From Octopus vulgaris (taxonomy: Eukaryota), in NCBI GenBank assembly GCA_951406725.2, contig OX597820.1, positions 115,878,001 to 115,942,000 on the forward strand: a stretch of DNA of 64,000 nt. The letters run 5' to 3'. Position numbers and translations under genes: made by a program. The stretch's first letter is position 1, and each line of letters begins with the position of its first letter. The notes beneath the pieces were generated by a model that had not been told where the DNA came from, searched no databases, and saw only the letters and a list, made by a program, of their open reading frames with translations. Of this stretch, positions 13,253 to 26,039 are shown piece by piece.

Positions 13253-13314
<62 letters not shown>

Positions 13315-13320
13315 TATATA

Positions 13321-14510
13321 CAGGGTGCATAAGATATTTGAGGACATATTTATGTTTATAAAAAAACAGATATATAATAACAGATAATAGCTTTATTTAT
13401 CAAAAAATGCTATGAGAGTAAAAATAAATCTTCTTTTCTGTAATGTTATTCAATAAAGCCACCTTCAACTTCAACAACTACTTCTATATGAGATCTAAAT
13501 CATCTACATGCTCAAATCAAGTGGTCCTGGTTCATTTTGGACATTACTCACACTATGCCAGCTTTCAAAGAATCTTTGATGTTATGGGCATGTTCATTGA
13601 CCTCTCTCTCAACAACACTCTACATGTAATAGTCCAATGGATTGGGATCTGGGGAATTAGGAAGCCAAATGCTAGGGGTCATGCGATCATGAAAATTTTC
13701 AACCATCCATTCCTGTATTACTAGAACCATGTGCGATAGTGCAGAGTCTTACTGAAACACACATGGCCTTCCATTGCATACACTGTCTATCCAGGGCTTA
13801 ACAATTATTTTCAGGACCTCAATGTAGGTGGCAGAGTTAACTCTAAGGCCTTGTGGAAAGAAGTAAGGAGGCATCACATGTCCTTCATTGCTGACAACCC
13901 CTAAAACCATGACAGTTGCAGGAAATTTTGTATGCATAACACTTGGAACTTCAGAAGGTTGGTTAAGTTTTTCTCATTTGAGAAAAACCAAATCAAATCT
14001 TTTGCTGAATTTTTCAGTTTGTTTAAGAGACTTTTTGATCTGATGTAGTGATTTTCTTTTGCTTTTCTGACAAACTGACCTTTCCTCATCACAGAAGACT
14101 TATATCTGATGTCTTTGTAGACAACATTTCTGACTGTTCCTTCTGACACATGGAGATCTTTTGCAATTGACCTCATGGACTTTCTGGGATTGTAATCAAT
14201 GGTCTGTTGAACTTGTCAGATAAATTCGGGTGTTCTGATGATTTCAGAGCATTAAGAATGCTTTTTATGCCTTGGTGATACATTTCTATCTTCAGTCTCT
14301 AGCTCCTTACAAACTTTGTAGATAAAAATCGAAATATTTCTAAATCGCTATGCTCAGCCTTTATAACTGTAATAACAGAATGCTTCTTCATTTCTTGAGT
14401 AAGCTGAAGGTCTGGCATTATTATTTTCTGAAACAAAGATTATACAGAGTTAGGAAAAAATGCAGCAATGACCCAAAAAAGGTATATCTTCAAATACCTT
14501 ATGCACCCTG
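13321..14510 (-). mobile_element. Full-length decayed Tc1/mariner, DD37D (maT) family
   Basis: TIRs CAGGGTGCATAAG(A/G)TATTTGA with TA flanks. Transposase VMVLGVVSNEG...VFQ*DSA...NSPDPNPLDY, with 37 residues counted between the last two Asp. Contains stops and frameshifts. Confidence 0.9.
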
Positions 14511-14518
14511 TATATATG

Positions 14519-14608
<90 letters not shown>

Positions 14609-14631
14609 TGTGTGTGCTGTGTGTGTGTGTG

Positions 14632-14678
<47 letters not shown>

Positions 14679-15448
14679 TCATCATTGTTTAACATCCGTT
14701 CTCCATGGACGGTTCAACCGGGGTCTGGGACGCCAGAAGGCTGCACCAGGCTCCAGGCTGATCTACAGTTGGATGCCCTTCCTAACGCCAACCACTCTGT
14801 GAGTGTAGTGGGTGCTTTTTACGTGCCAGGCAAGGCTTGCAATGGCCATGATCAGATTGGTGCTTTTTACATGCCACCGGCATGGAAGCCAGTCAAGGCG
14901 GCACTGGCATCAGCCACGTTTAGATTGTGCTTTTTACATGCCACTGGCACAGGGATCACAACTACAATTTCCATTGATTTTTGATGTTGGTGTACTTGAC
15001 TCAATAGATCTCCTCAAGCACAGGGTCGAAACGGTGTTTCTTTACTTGCCACCTGCACAGGAGTCAGTCCAGCGGCACTGGCAACTGCTGGGTGCCAGTC
15101 TTAGGATTGGTTCAATTTCGATTCCAATCTCACTTTCCCCAACAGGTCTTCACAAGCAGAGTTTAGTGTCCAATGAAGGGAGGTTGGCATGGGTGCCAGT
15201 CGTTGGATGAGGTTCGATTTCGAATTCAATTTCAACTTCACTTGCCTCAACAGGTCTTCACGTGTCCAAGGAAGGAAAGGCATGCATAAGTGGGCTGGCT
15301 ACATCCCTGACAAGGGACATGTGATGGACTCACTTGTCCTGCCGGGTCTTCTCACACACAGCATATTTCCAAAGGTCTTGGTCACTAGTCATTGCCTCAG
15401 TGAGGCCTAAAGTTTGAAGGTCGTGCTTCACCACCTCGTCCCAGGTGA

Positions 15449-15515
<67 letters not shown>

Positions 15516-15519
15516 CTAT

Positions 15520-16578
15520 ACAATATGTTACATTACTCGGTAGTCAAGATAAAACTCTGAGTTTCAGATGCCGAAGTGGAAATCCACAACACCATCTCTT
15601 CGGTTATCTGGCTATTTGAAAACGTTATGAAAAAATACCGTTAAAAATGAAGGGAAATTACTCTGTTATAACTCTGCTTTGCCTGCGTACTTATACATCG
15701 CTCGCATTTTTCGTCATAAAAATTATATAAAAATACATAAAAATATATAAAAATATATAAAATCTTCTTGGGACATAACACAGAAAGCATGTTCTATCCG
15801 TTTTCTTTAGGGGACCAAAAACGTAACAGAAATTTAGTCACATGTGGGCATGATCCGAAAAGCTCTGTCCTTGTATTTAGACATGTGGTAGGGTCTAAGC
15901 TGCTTTTCCAGATAAGCCATCTCTCCATGTCGCATAAACCGCACCTTCCGCTGCCGTTAGTGTAGGGCTTACATCTGGCCAAAATCTTCCATTGTATGTT
16001 ATAATCGACACCTTTATCTCTTAAAGACCAAATATGATTGGATAATTGTGTCGCTTTTCTTTTGTTCCAGTGCCTAAAGCTCAAAGTGTGGTTATTGAAC
16101 CTGGCCTTGAAATTACCCTCTGTCAGGCCCACGTATTTCTTCGTCGAAACAGTGTCTTTAGTGGTTATAGAGTTTACGGTAGCTTCATATATGATGGTCT
16201 TGGACATGCAAGCTCCATTTAGCGGGCACAATTCTTTATTCCTGCATGAACAGCTGTTTTCTTCTTGTGTTTTTTGTATGTTATGATTGATTATGTTTTT
16301 AAAATTGGTAGTTGAACTAAAACTAATTTTTAAATTGTGTCTATTGAAGAGTTTCCTATAAGCATGGTTAACTGGAAAATGTCTATCTATCAGTGCTAGG
16401 AAATATTTACCTATATTGAGAAGGTAAACCAGATGACCTTCCTATTTATTATTCCTTTTCCTTACTGTTGGGCTGGTGATAGCCCAACAGTAAGGAAAAG
16501 GAATAATAGAAATAGGAAGGTCATCTGGTTTACGCCCCCTTACTCACCCGAGGTGGCCTTCAATATAGGTAAATATTT
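15520..16578 (-). mobile_element. 5'-truncated Penelope-like element with an open GIY-YIG frame (15794-16231)
   Basis: CSCRNKELCPLNGAC..IIYEATV...YVGLTEGNFKARFNNH...ATQLSNHIWSL...CGLCDME...LNTRTELFGSCPH. Upstream FLALIDRHFP..LFNRHNLKISFS. Confidence 0.9.
15547..15609 (-). ncRNA. Type I hammerhead fold in the 3' terminus of the Penelope element
   Basis: AGATAA-CCGAAGA-GATG..GTGGA tt TCCAC..CATC-T-GAAA-CTC-A-GAG-TT-TTATCT. Helix I has 6 bp. U4 is replaced by C. Confidence 0.7.
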
Positions 16579-17262
16579 ACAACTTCTTCCCAATGTTCAA
16601 CAAGATTTTCATTACCTCGTTGGTAGAAATCACCCAATTTTGACTTTAAAAATTGATCCAACCAAGCTCTCAATTCTGTATCAGTATTGAACGAAACTCC
16701 GCGCATAGCATTTGAAAAAGATCGAAAGAGGTGGAAATCCGTTGGTGCCAAATTAGGAGAGTACGGCAGGTATGGCAGCACTTCCCAGCTATGCGTTTGA
16801 ATGGCTTCCTTGGTCATATTGGCGACATGAGGGTGGACGTTGTCATGCAGCAGAAGAACTCCATGCTGCCAATTAGGTCTTTTCTCTTGAATAGCTGTGT
16901 TGAGTCGTTCCATGTTGACCGTTTGGTTCTGTTCAAGCAATTCATAATGGATAATCCTTTCTCAGTCCCCTCTATACGCACAACATCATTTTACACGGAT
17001 GAAGATCTTGTTTCACGCGCGGTGTCATTTGATTACCAGGGCTAAGCCATTCCTTATGCATCATATTGATGTACAGGCACCATTTTTCATCACCAGCAAT
17101 GATTCGGTAAAGAAATCGTTGCTTGAGTCCATGAGTTGAGCGGTGATGAGCAAGAAAACCAGCGAAGATTGTTGCTCATCGATTTTTGTTGTTGTCACTT
17201 AAAGCATGCGGAACCCATGCTCGATACTTCTGAACCTTTTCCATCAAGTGAAGATGCTTCTC
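16579..17262 (-). mobile_element. Mariner transposase fragment (DD34D type)
   Basis: WVPHAL, IIAGDEKW, LLLHDNVHPH, PYSPNLAPTDFHLFRS. Confidence 0.9.
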
Positions 17263-17269
17263 TATATAT

Positions 17270-18235
17270 TTACAACCAAAAGCCCTACCATACATCTCCA
17301 CACACAATCCCCTTAACAATGAAGTCTTCAACACCATCCTCCAGAACATTCTCCAACTAAAAAGGGACCACAGAATGAATTTAATCCTCCAAACGCATAC
17401 CATCATAAAGAGCGAAAGACAACCCAAATCTATGAAAAGCTTCCTAACACAAGTCCAAGTACACTCGACAATAACACTGAAGCCGTGAGTAAAAAAAAAA
17501 ATGCAGACGACCTAACTGTGGTATATGCGTCAACCTAATTGAGAGATCGGAGTTCTCTTTCAAACAGGGTCAACGTTTTACAGTGAAAAACAACTTCACA
17601 TGTGCTTCGGAAAACCTAATATATGTGTTGCTCAAGGTGTTGAGAGCAATACATAGGCCAAACTAAAAACAGTCTATGTCAGAGGATGACTCTACATAGA
17701 TCCCAGATAAAAATTCAGGAATATAGAAAAATAGCATTCAGTGAACACATTGACATTTGAGCCATTAACGAACAACCCAACTTCAGAATTTTTCCCCTCT
17801 ATAAATTCAGGGACGATGCAACCTGTAATTAGCACATTAAAAAAGAGTCATATTTTATCGCAAAATATAAACCCCTTTTGAATGCATCCACCACAAATGA
17901 CAATACTACAAGGGCCTCAGAATAATACCCATGCAAATATTAAAAATGATATATTCAGAACAGTCACTAACCATGAATTTATTCAGAACAATTCCAAACC
18001 ACTACTGCTATAACCAGAACAGTTCACTTTTAGGTCACTTGACCATTTAAGAGGATTCTACCAGCATCCTACTACTGTCATACCACTCCCGTATTTTTAT
18101 TCTTTCTGTTCTTTTCCTACTCCCTCTTCTTCCTCTTCGCTGCCTCCTTCCTCAGCTGCTTAGACAATCAAAACCCAGAACTCATATCAAATATTCTTTT
18201 AGAACTGCGACTACCTACAACCAAGCCTTCACAAG

Positions 18236-18288
<53 letters not shown>

Positions 18289-18515
18289 GAGAGAAAGCGA
18301 GAGAGAGGGGCAGAAAAAAAGGAAAATGCCCCTTATATTTGAAAACTATGGAAATATTTTAAAAAAAAACATTTCATTTAATTTTTCCACAATTTAATTG
18401 TTTTTCATGCTTTACTCTGAGCTGAAAAAGTCGCAAAGACTGAAACCGGTACTAAAATGTTCTTCATGATAAAATTATTTTAGCATTTTCTACATTGTCT
18501 TATTTTCCTTATATA
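17270..18515 (+). mobile_element. 5'-truncated Penelope-like element related to the 3908-4410 copy
   Basis: IIKSERQPKSMK, KCRRPNCGIC, KNNFTCASENLIYV, QYIGQTKNSLCQRMTLH, followed by a 3' UTR with a hammerhead. Confidence 0.8.
18420..18453 (+). ncRNA. Minimal type I hammerhead with palindromic helix III, G8 mutated to A
   Basis: AG-CTGAAAA-AGTC gcaaa GACT-GAAA-CCGG-TA-CT. Confidence 0.7.
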
Positions 18516-19393
18516 CCATTCAGGAGAGATGCCCCGTCATTTATGTGTACTCGAAACGAGGCTCCTGAATGGGACCGGATGCAAGTTATCTCCCTTGTTC
18601 ATGACTTACAGGTGTTTTAACACCAGGCAAATTGATAAGAATATATTCTCTTACGCCTATAAGCGCAGCCTAACCCGAACTAGCAAAATGTATGCCTTGT
18701 GTGTTTGATGTTGTTTATATCTCTTGAGCTGCTTCTAATTTATATTTGAATTTTTTTCCCCGTGATATGAAACATTGGAACAGCAGATGGTTCTTGCACC
18801 ATATTGTTATACTTCGGGACGGTTGTTTTTTTTTTCCTTTTCAAATAAACACGCACTAGCTATTCTTTCTTCACTTGTTTATTATTGTTCTTATTTTATT
18901 TCCTTTGTCTGGAAATCTTTCGTCACACATCCTGTAACCTCTTCAGCAACTCTCCATACCCCATGTCTCCTGTTCTGTTTTTCTTACACCATTTTACATA
19001 TAGTCATAGATAGTGATTTAGCTTGCATCGGGCCTCATTTCAGGTATGCGGTATTGATAAGGCACAAAAATGACGAAACATCGATGTCTGTCATCGATGT
19101 CTAGAGTGAATTACCTCGCTTGTCTATGACTTCAGGTGTTTTAAACACCAAGCATAAATATATAATTATATCTATATATTAATAGAGCAAACCTACTCAG
19201 ATTATATAGATTCAAAGAATTAGAAGGGAGAAGGTGTGATGTTAGAAGTCCGATAGCTGTTTCTGACAAATTGTGCATCTTGTTCCAGGTAAATGAGTAA
19301 AAATGCAGTCACTGTGTCTGCATAGTCTCTTGCGTTGAGAACAGCGGCAGATTTTTGGGTTTCACGTGATCATTATTTTACTTTATTAAAATA

Positions 19394-19787
19394 CAAGCAT
19401 TATCGCCCGGCGTTGCTCAGATTTGTTTCGACCCTTTAGAATTGGAATTTTTGAAAAGTAAAAATGTTGCATTATGTAGCTTGTTATTCTCTTTAAGTGA
19501 ACATTTTTCTGGTTGAAATACACTGAAAAATGGCGACACAGCAGTAAAAAAATCGTAAAAAATAGGGATTTTCATAGAAAAACAGCACCTTTTTGATGTA
19601 AATAATTTTTGGTGTTAACATGGTCCGATTTGAATTTTTTCTTCTACGAAAGGAAGAGCAAGCCTTCTTCTATCATACTCTCAATTTTGGTCAACTTGCA
19701 TTGCAGGGTCACGGAGGAGATAGTGTTAGTTGAAGGCTACCAAACCTGCCATACGCAGACAACTTCGGCTTTATATATAGAGAGAGA
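19394..19787 (-). mobile_element. Non-autonomous Helitron-like element
   Basis: Minus strand starts A|TCTCTCTCTATATATAAAG and ends ...GCAACGCCGGGCGATAATGCTTG|T (CTAG variant). Inserted between A and T with no TSD. Confidence 0.65.
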
Positions 19788-20499
19788 TTTGGCAGATTTA
19801 TCAGGAAATACACATTGAGATTGAGATAAAGAGTGGTGAGGAGGAAAGAAGTGGTTCTTTCCTAATTGGAGTAGTTGTTGTGGTCATGATAGAAGCAGAA
19901 TAGGCTGACAATGGTAATGAAGGCTGTCTTGGGTTGATCTGAGAGGAATTTGAATGGCCTGGCTGTAGAGAAGGGCTAGGGTCTCTATTGTTTAATAGGT
20001 CGTCAATTGTGCTAATACTGAAGAGTGACTGTGGGTGTTAATGTTGTTGTTTAGTTGTAATAAGGTTTCGTAGCAGCAGAACATGATGGCAATGATGATG
20101 ATGATGGTGTCAGCTGTGGTATTCAGAGGAAATGGGGATTGTTGTTAATCGGACGACGAAGGGCTCCAATTGTGTTAGTAATGAAAAATGGCCATAGCTG
20201 TTGTTTATGTGTGTGTGTGTGTGTGTGCATCTTTTAATTTTGATGTTGACGATACTTCAATTCAGAAATATATTTTCCCGGGATTTTTTTTTTGAGGGGT
20301 GGGAGGGTTTCTTTTAATTTATTTTAGTTCTTTGTTCTTCTTTGGAAAACAATCCTAACTTCAAGCAACTTTTTAGAGGCCAGTTTTTAAACACTATTTC
20401 CCTAGACCTTGAAAGGTAAGTAGCGGGTGCAAATTTTGATTTGGCACACCCCACTTCCCCAAATCTTAGTGGATGCAAGTTTGTTGCTGCAAACGGTTT

Positions 20500-22830
20500 T
20501 CTCTTTGCAAAGTTACCTCAAGGCACTGTTCTAGGACCATTACTATTCATCATTACCTGATCAGGTATAAACTCTCATGTACATTCGGTCAATTTAATGA
20601 GTTACACGAAACATCGATGGCTTATCCAAACTCCAGAAGACACCATCAAACTTCAAAACGAGCTGAACCTTATTTATCAATGGGAAGGTAAAAACAATAT
20701 GAAATTTAATACAGCAAAATTTCAGGTTCTTTATTACGGTGTTGGTGTTGAAGAATACATACAAATCACAATATTTGACACCGGGTAACACAATGATTCA
20801 GAACGCTAATGACAAACGGGTCTTAGGAGTAATTATATCAAGTGATGCATCTGTAAAGGGAACTGGTTGCTTCTTTACACTTTTGGGGTGCAACTTGGGT
20901 GCAACACAATTTCCTTTCTTTTTGTTTCTAGAAACTACCAGTCGGTAACAAAACGCAACTTTAAAAATATATAAGATTTTTTATTCTCTTATTCACAAAT
21001 GAAGCACGATGGTATACTGGTATCTACCTAGTTCAACACAGCAAGGCTGAATTCTAACGTTTGTAAGATTCTTACAACAATTCAACAGCAACAGAACAGG
21101 TCAAATCCTAAGCGTCTAGGACAGGAGAATGGCTGATCACACGTTTAAAAATACGTCCTTTCTCTTCTATCGCCGTGTCTCAAGTCAACGACACTATTAA
21201 GGAACGCGATAGAATTTCTTCCCCAGTCTCTAGCGCATGTGCATGAGGGAACTTCCTTATGCCTTTCCAGAAGGTTCCAGGAGATTCCAACCCCGCACAC
21301 GCACACTGAAGAAGGACGTTCCGCACACGCACACTGAAGAATGACGTTGCGTGTGTGCACATTGGAATATGACGTCACTACACATCTTTCATTAGCCACA
21401 TCACTAAACTAACTGACCTCTAAAAGCAGACATCACAGAAGATGGATCCTTCGTGACAAGAGAACCAGTAGTTATGCTGACACTATGGAAAACCTTAGTT
21501 CTGAGCAGATTAGATTCCTGTGCACAGCTTTGGTCTCTTAAGGCAAGACAAATACCTCAGATTTCAGATAGCAAAATCTCAGAAAAATAGCAAAGGACAT
21601 GCCTCTGGGCATTATTAGACTGTTCAAAACTGCAAACTGCATTTTATTAAAATGTAGATATTATCCTTGTATAGTTGGGCATTGTTGTAAAATCAATCAA
21701 TTCCCGCGGTTTACGCGTTTTTCTCGAAATTTTTGACTGTGAGTAGCAATCTTTAGGTCACGATATCTCCGAGAATAATAAATGTAATAGGCTGAAATTT
21801 AACATGTGTATTACTTTGATTCTTGCCTGGATGCTTTTCTCGGATGATTAGATACACTTTATTTGTTCATCTTCCAGAGACACTTGACTGCTACTACCCA
21901 GGTGTCAAAAACGCTTGAACTGCCGCATATGGCTATGAGCGAGCCCACAACGAAATATAGGCCAACTTCATCAATGTCTTTGATTCAACATTGTCTTGTA
22001 CCCCAATCTGTTGACATTCCAAGTTAGAACATTATCTTTGATAGTTTGGTAGAAAAATCGACCTAAAATAAGGGTGTGTTTGCCTTGTCGGTCATTTTGA
22101 ATTTATAATTAGGTCATGAATTGGTAATGTGGAAATTTGAATATCATGTTTTTGATAGAACTAACATCGTTCTTGATGTATGCCATATTTGGTTTGCCTG
22201 GGTTTTATTCCCGCTGAGTGAGAGCATCTTCAATTTAGGAGTGTTTTCTTACTTTTTAGGAGTGTCTTACAATTTAGGAGTGTCTCAGGTGTTAGTCTTG
22301 CCTTAACTCGTCCGGTCTCATAAGAGAAATTGAAGGTTTACAAAGAACGTTCACCAGTAAAATAACTTCAGTTAAAAGCCTTAATTACTGGGAATGCCTG
22401 AAAGCTCTGCGTCTCTATTTTCTTGAATGCCAAAGAGAGAGATATACTATCATATACACCGCAAAATTCCGGAGGCACATGTTCAAAGTTTGGTATTAGA
22501 AAGAATTTTAACGCATGAACTGGTAGATAATGTCAGCTTCCGAATATACCACCTTCGAAATTACGAGCAAAAACACTCTATTGTGCCATTCCGATATTTA
22601 GCCATCCGCAATTGTTCAATCACCTACCTAAAGAAATCAGAAATATAAAAGGGATCTCTACTGAAACATTAAAAAAAGACAATAGGATATAAAATAAGAA
22701 AAAAAAAAAAAACTCAACGATGATACCGGATGAGCCAAGCATTCAAGGATACATTCAGGAAAGATCAGTGGCCACGAATTGAATCACAAATCAACTTCCA
22801 GCCATAAAGCGATAACAAAACTGAATGGAA
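20500..22830 (+). mobile_element. Fragmented CR1/L2-type LINE RT C-terminal region
   Basis: QGTVLGPLLFI; LQNELNLIYQW..NNMKFNTAKFQVL; TREPVVMLTLWKTLVLSRLDSCAQLWS (about 21455); EIEGLQRTFTSKI..LNYWECLKAL (about 22325). Interrupted by insertions. Confidence 0.8.
20852..21437. mobile_element. Possible solo LTR inserted in the CR1 remnant
   Basis: 586-bp CpG-rich block with TGT...ACA ends that splits the LINE. Has a minus-strand AATAAA and an internal duplicated CCGCACACGCACACTGAAGAA. No TSD visible. Confidence 0.45.
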
Positions 22831-23587
22831 ATGAATTAAGGCGGTGCTCCAGCATGGTCGTAGTCCTACAACCGAAACCATTAAAAGTATAAAAGAAAAG
22901 AATCACAAAGTATGCATGTAGAAAAGTTGTGTAGAATCTTCTGTCAGTAATTCAAAGATTCAAAAATAATTTTTGAATCTTTGGAGAGTCATGGTTGACT
23001 CTGTGACTCTTATTCAGTAATGAAACACGCATAACTTGGAATTAAAAAATATATAAGATGTTTTCCGAGTTTCGTTTTGATTGTTTAATGATCAATACAT
23101 ATCGCCTGGTAAATCCGACAGAATTTGAAATATTTCGCGACAAATCATGTGACAAATAATGAGATCGCACGACTTTCTCGTCTCCCCACCACCGTATCTC
23201 ATCCCTACCTCCATCCTCTAGTGTAGCCAATAACCTGACCTGCTCTCATTAGTGCTAAGTCTTCTCTTATTTATTTTTAATTGGCTTAAGAAATTTCTTT
23301 TAAAGTTGTTCAGAATTTGTGTGGCGCTCCTAGATTTTAGCTCTAGTTGGCCTTGTTAAGTAGAGCCAATCCCACAGCTCACTTTCATACTCGCCACCAC
23401 CACACACATCGACGTTTCCTGCATCACTGCATTGCGTGCCCAACGTATATGTGAACGGCAATAACAAACCAGATTTTAATGTGACAATAACAACCAGGCA
23501 CAGTTGGAGAGAGTCCACACTATGCTCTAAATATGTTGATTTTTTAACACGGCATGCGTTAGTTTACGTAGCAGGTGTAGCTTCTGA

Positions 23588-24003
23588 AAGGCGGCGAGCT
23601 GGCAGAATCGTTAGCACGTTGGGCGAAATGCTTAGCGGTATTTCGCCTGCCGTTACGTTCTGAGTTCAAATCCCGCCGAGGTCGACTTTGCCTTTCATCC
23701 TTTCGGGGTCGATAAATTAAGGACCAGTTACGCACTGAGGTCGATATAATCGACTTAATCCGTTTGCCTGTCCTTGTTTGTCCTCTCTGTGTTTAGCCCC
23801 TTGTGAGTAGTAAAGAAATAGGTATTTCGCCTGTCGTTACGTTCTGAGTTCAAATTCCACCGAGGTTGACTTTGCCTTTCATCCTTTCGGGCTCGATTAA
23901 ATAAATACCAGTTAGACACTGGGGTCGATGTAATCGATTAAATCCGTTTGTCTGTCCTTGTTTGTCCTGTCTGTGTTTGGCCCCTTGTGGGTAGTAAAGA
24001 AAT
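23588..24003 (+). mobile_element. Dimeric SINE family B (Meta-domain-like) with a 15-bp TSD
   Basis: Two tandem bodies containing CTTTCATCCTTTCGGG..CGAT.AA. AGGTGTAGCTTCTGA at 23573 and 24004. Confidence 0.85.
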
Positions 24004-24389
24004 AGGTGTAGCTTCTGACACACACAGCTAGAGAGTGTACCGCCGGGGCAGGCCTTCATTTTGTGCTTCACCCCTGGGCCACCACGCTTATATACAAGCT
24101 TACACAGCAACCTCAAAGCAGACTGCGCCATCCTCTTACTACACTACAGTGTGTGTGTTTTTGCATGCATGTATGCATGTCATGTCCTGTTATGTCAGGT
24201 CGCTCTTGGGCCCTACTGGTAACACGTAACCCAGTACAATCTGTTGCTTGGTCGGGTCGTCGGCGATTAAACTAGCAACCTCATCAAGCTTGTTCGGTGA
24301 GGAGGGCGATTGTTGGACACTCTGCAGGACGAAAAATAAGACCTGTGAAAGCGCAGAAGAACTCATGAGCAGTCAACGGTCTTCCAACA

Positions 24390-24420
<31 letters not shown>

Positions 24421-24838
24421 TGTATGTATGTATGTATGTATGTATGTATGTATGTATGTATGTATGCATGCGCAGGGACGTGGAAATACCTGGGTTGGTG
24501 CCCAAGCGCGCGGTTGGCACCCTGGGAGTGCGAGGCCCCTCCGTTGTTGTCACAACATCTCTCTAGGAGAGGGAAACTCCGAAAGAAAACCTACGACACT
24601 TATAAGATTCGATGATGTAGACTAGCTCTTCTTTTCGAGTTAATGTTGACCATGTTCACAGAGTGGGATTGGATTTGTGCAAATTCTTTCCCCTCTATAA
24701 AAAAAAAAAAATCATCATGCACAGGCATCGCTTGAGAAAAAAGTAGGACCCATCACAAAAATGGCTGGTCGTAGCCATCGCATGTGTGGGACTTTCGATC
24801 AGGCGATAGTAATACTCGAACACGTGTTTGGAACCATC

Positions 24839-24871
<33 letters not shown>

Positions 24872-24965
24872 TGTATGTATGTATGTATGTATGTATGTAT
24901 GTATGTATGTATGCATGTATGTATGTATGTATGCATGTATGTATGTATGTACGTACATACATAAT

Positions 24966-24998
<33 letters not shown>

Positions 24999-25167
24999 CA
25001 CGACAAGAGGAAAATGTAGGGGATAAAGAAATAGTATACATCAACTGTTAGACATATATTATGTCTATTTATTTATTCTAAAACATTTATGAGAACATAT
25101 ACATATGTAAAGACTGTGTATTACATACATACGTACCAGTAATTCATAGAATAGATAAAGAATAGTT

Positions 25168-25290
25168 TCTTACGGCCGTTTCTGCCAAGAGCTCTCAATA
25201 CCCCACATATTATTTCCATCTCTTCAGTGTTCTGTAGTGATCGGTTGATAAAATTAAGGTATTGGTTGTGCCTCTAGGCTTCATCAGAGA
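25168..25290 (-). ncRNA. Type I hammerhead with canonical core and a very long helix II
   Basis: TCT-CTGATGA-A-GCCtAGAG..CAATACC..(loop)..GGTATTG..CTCTtGGC-A-GAAA-CGGCCG-TA-AGA. Confidence 0.7.
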
Positions 25291-25331
25291 GCTTAAAAGA
25301 GGGTCTAAAAAGTTCAGAAGGCTAATGCATG

Positions 25332-25362
<31 letters not shown>

Positions 25363-25364
25363 TC

Positions 25365-25422
<58 letters not shown>

Positions 25423-25466
25423 ATATGTATATATGTATGTATATGTATATATTGGACTTTCCTCTG

Positions 25467-25500
25467 TTTCCGAAGAAGAGCATCTGCTCAAAATGTTAAA
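25467..25500 (+). ncRNA. Decayed minimal hammerhead in a solo pLTR-like repeat (about 25452-25600)
   Basis: TTT-CCGAAGA-A-GAGC atct GCTC-AAAA-TG-TT-AAA. Homologous to the 54935-54968 copy, and CGAAACG appears CpG-decayed. Confidence 0.5.
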
Positions 25501-25666
25501 CCATCTTTCTTTCCTTCCCTGAGCGTCAGCTAATACTTTACATGTACCACCTCCTCGTGTTGTGTTTTATTGTTTTTGTTCTTCTTTTTGGGATTTACTA
25601 TATATATATATAAATATGTATGTATGTATGTATATATATGTTTGTATATGTATATATATATATATA

Positions 25667-26028
<362 letters not shown>

Positions 26029-26039
26029 CATATACATAT

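Noticed and set aside
21293-21360. Duplicated CTGAAGA motif as a ribozyme or CRISPR-like repeat
   Set aside because: No GAAA or helices, only two units and no spacers. It is a simple tandem duplication.
24470-24600. GC-rich hairpin with an RTE 5' UTR-like motif as an HDV-like ribozyme
   Set aside because: I could not assign P1-P4 or the catalytic J4/2 by eye. It needs a descriptor search.
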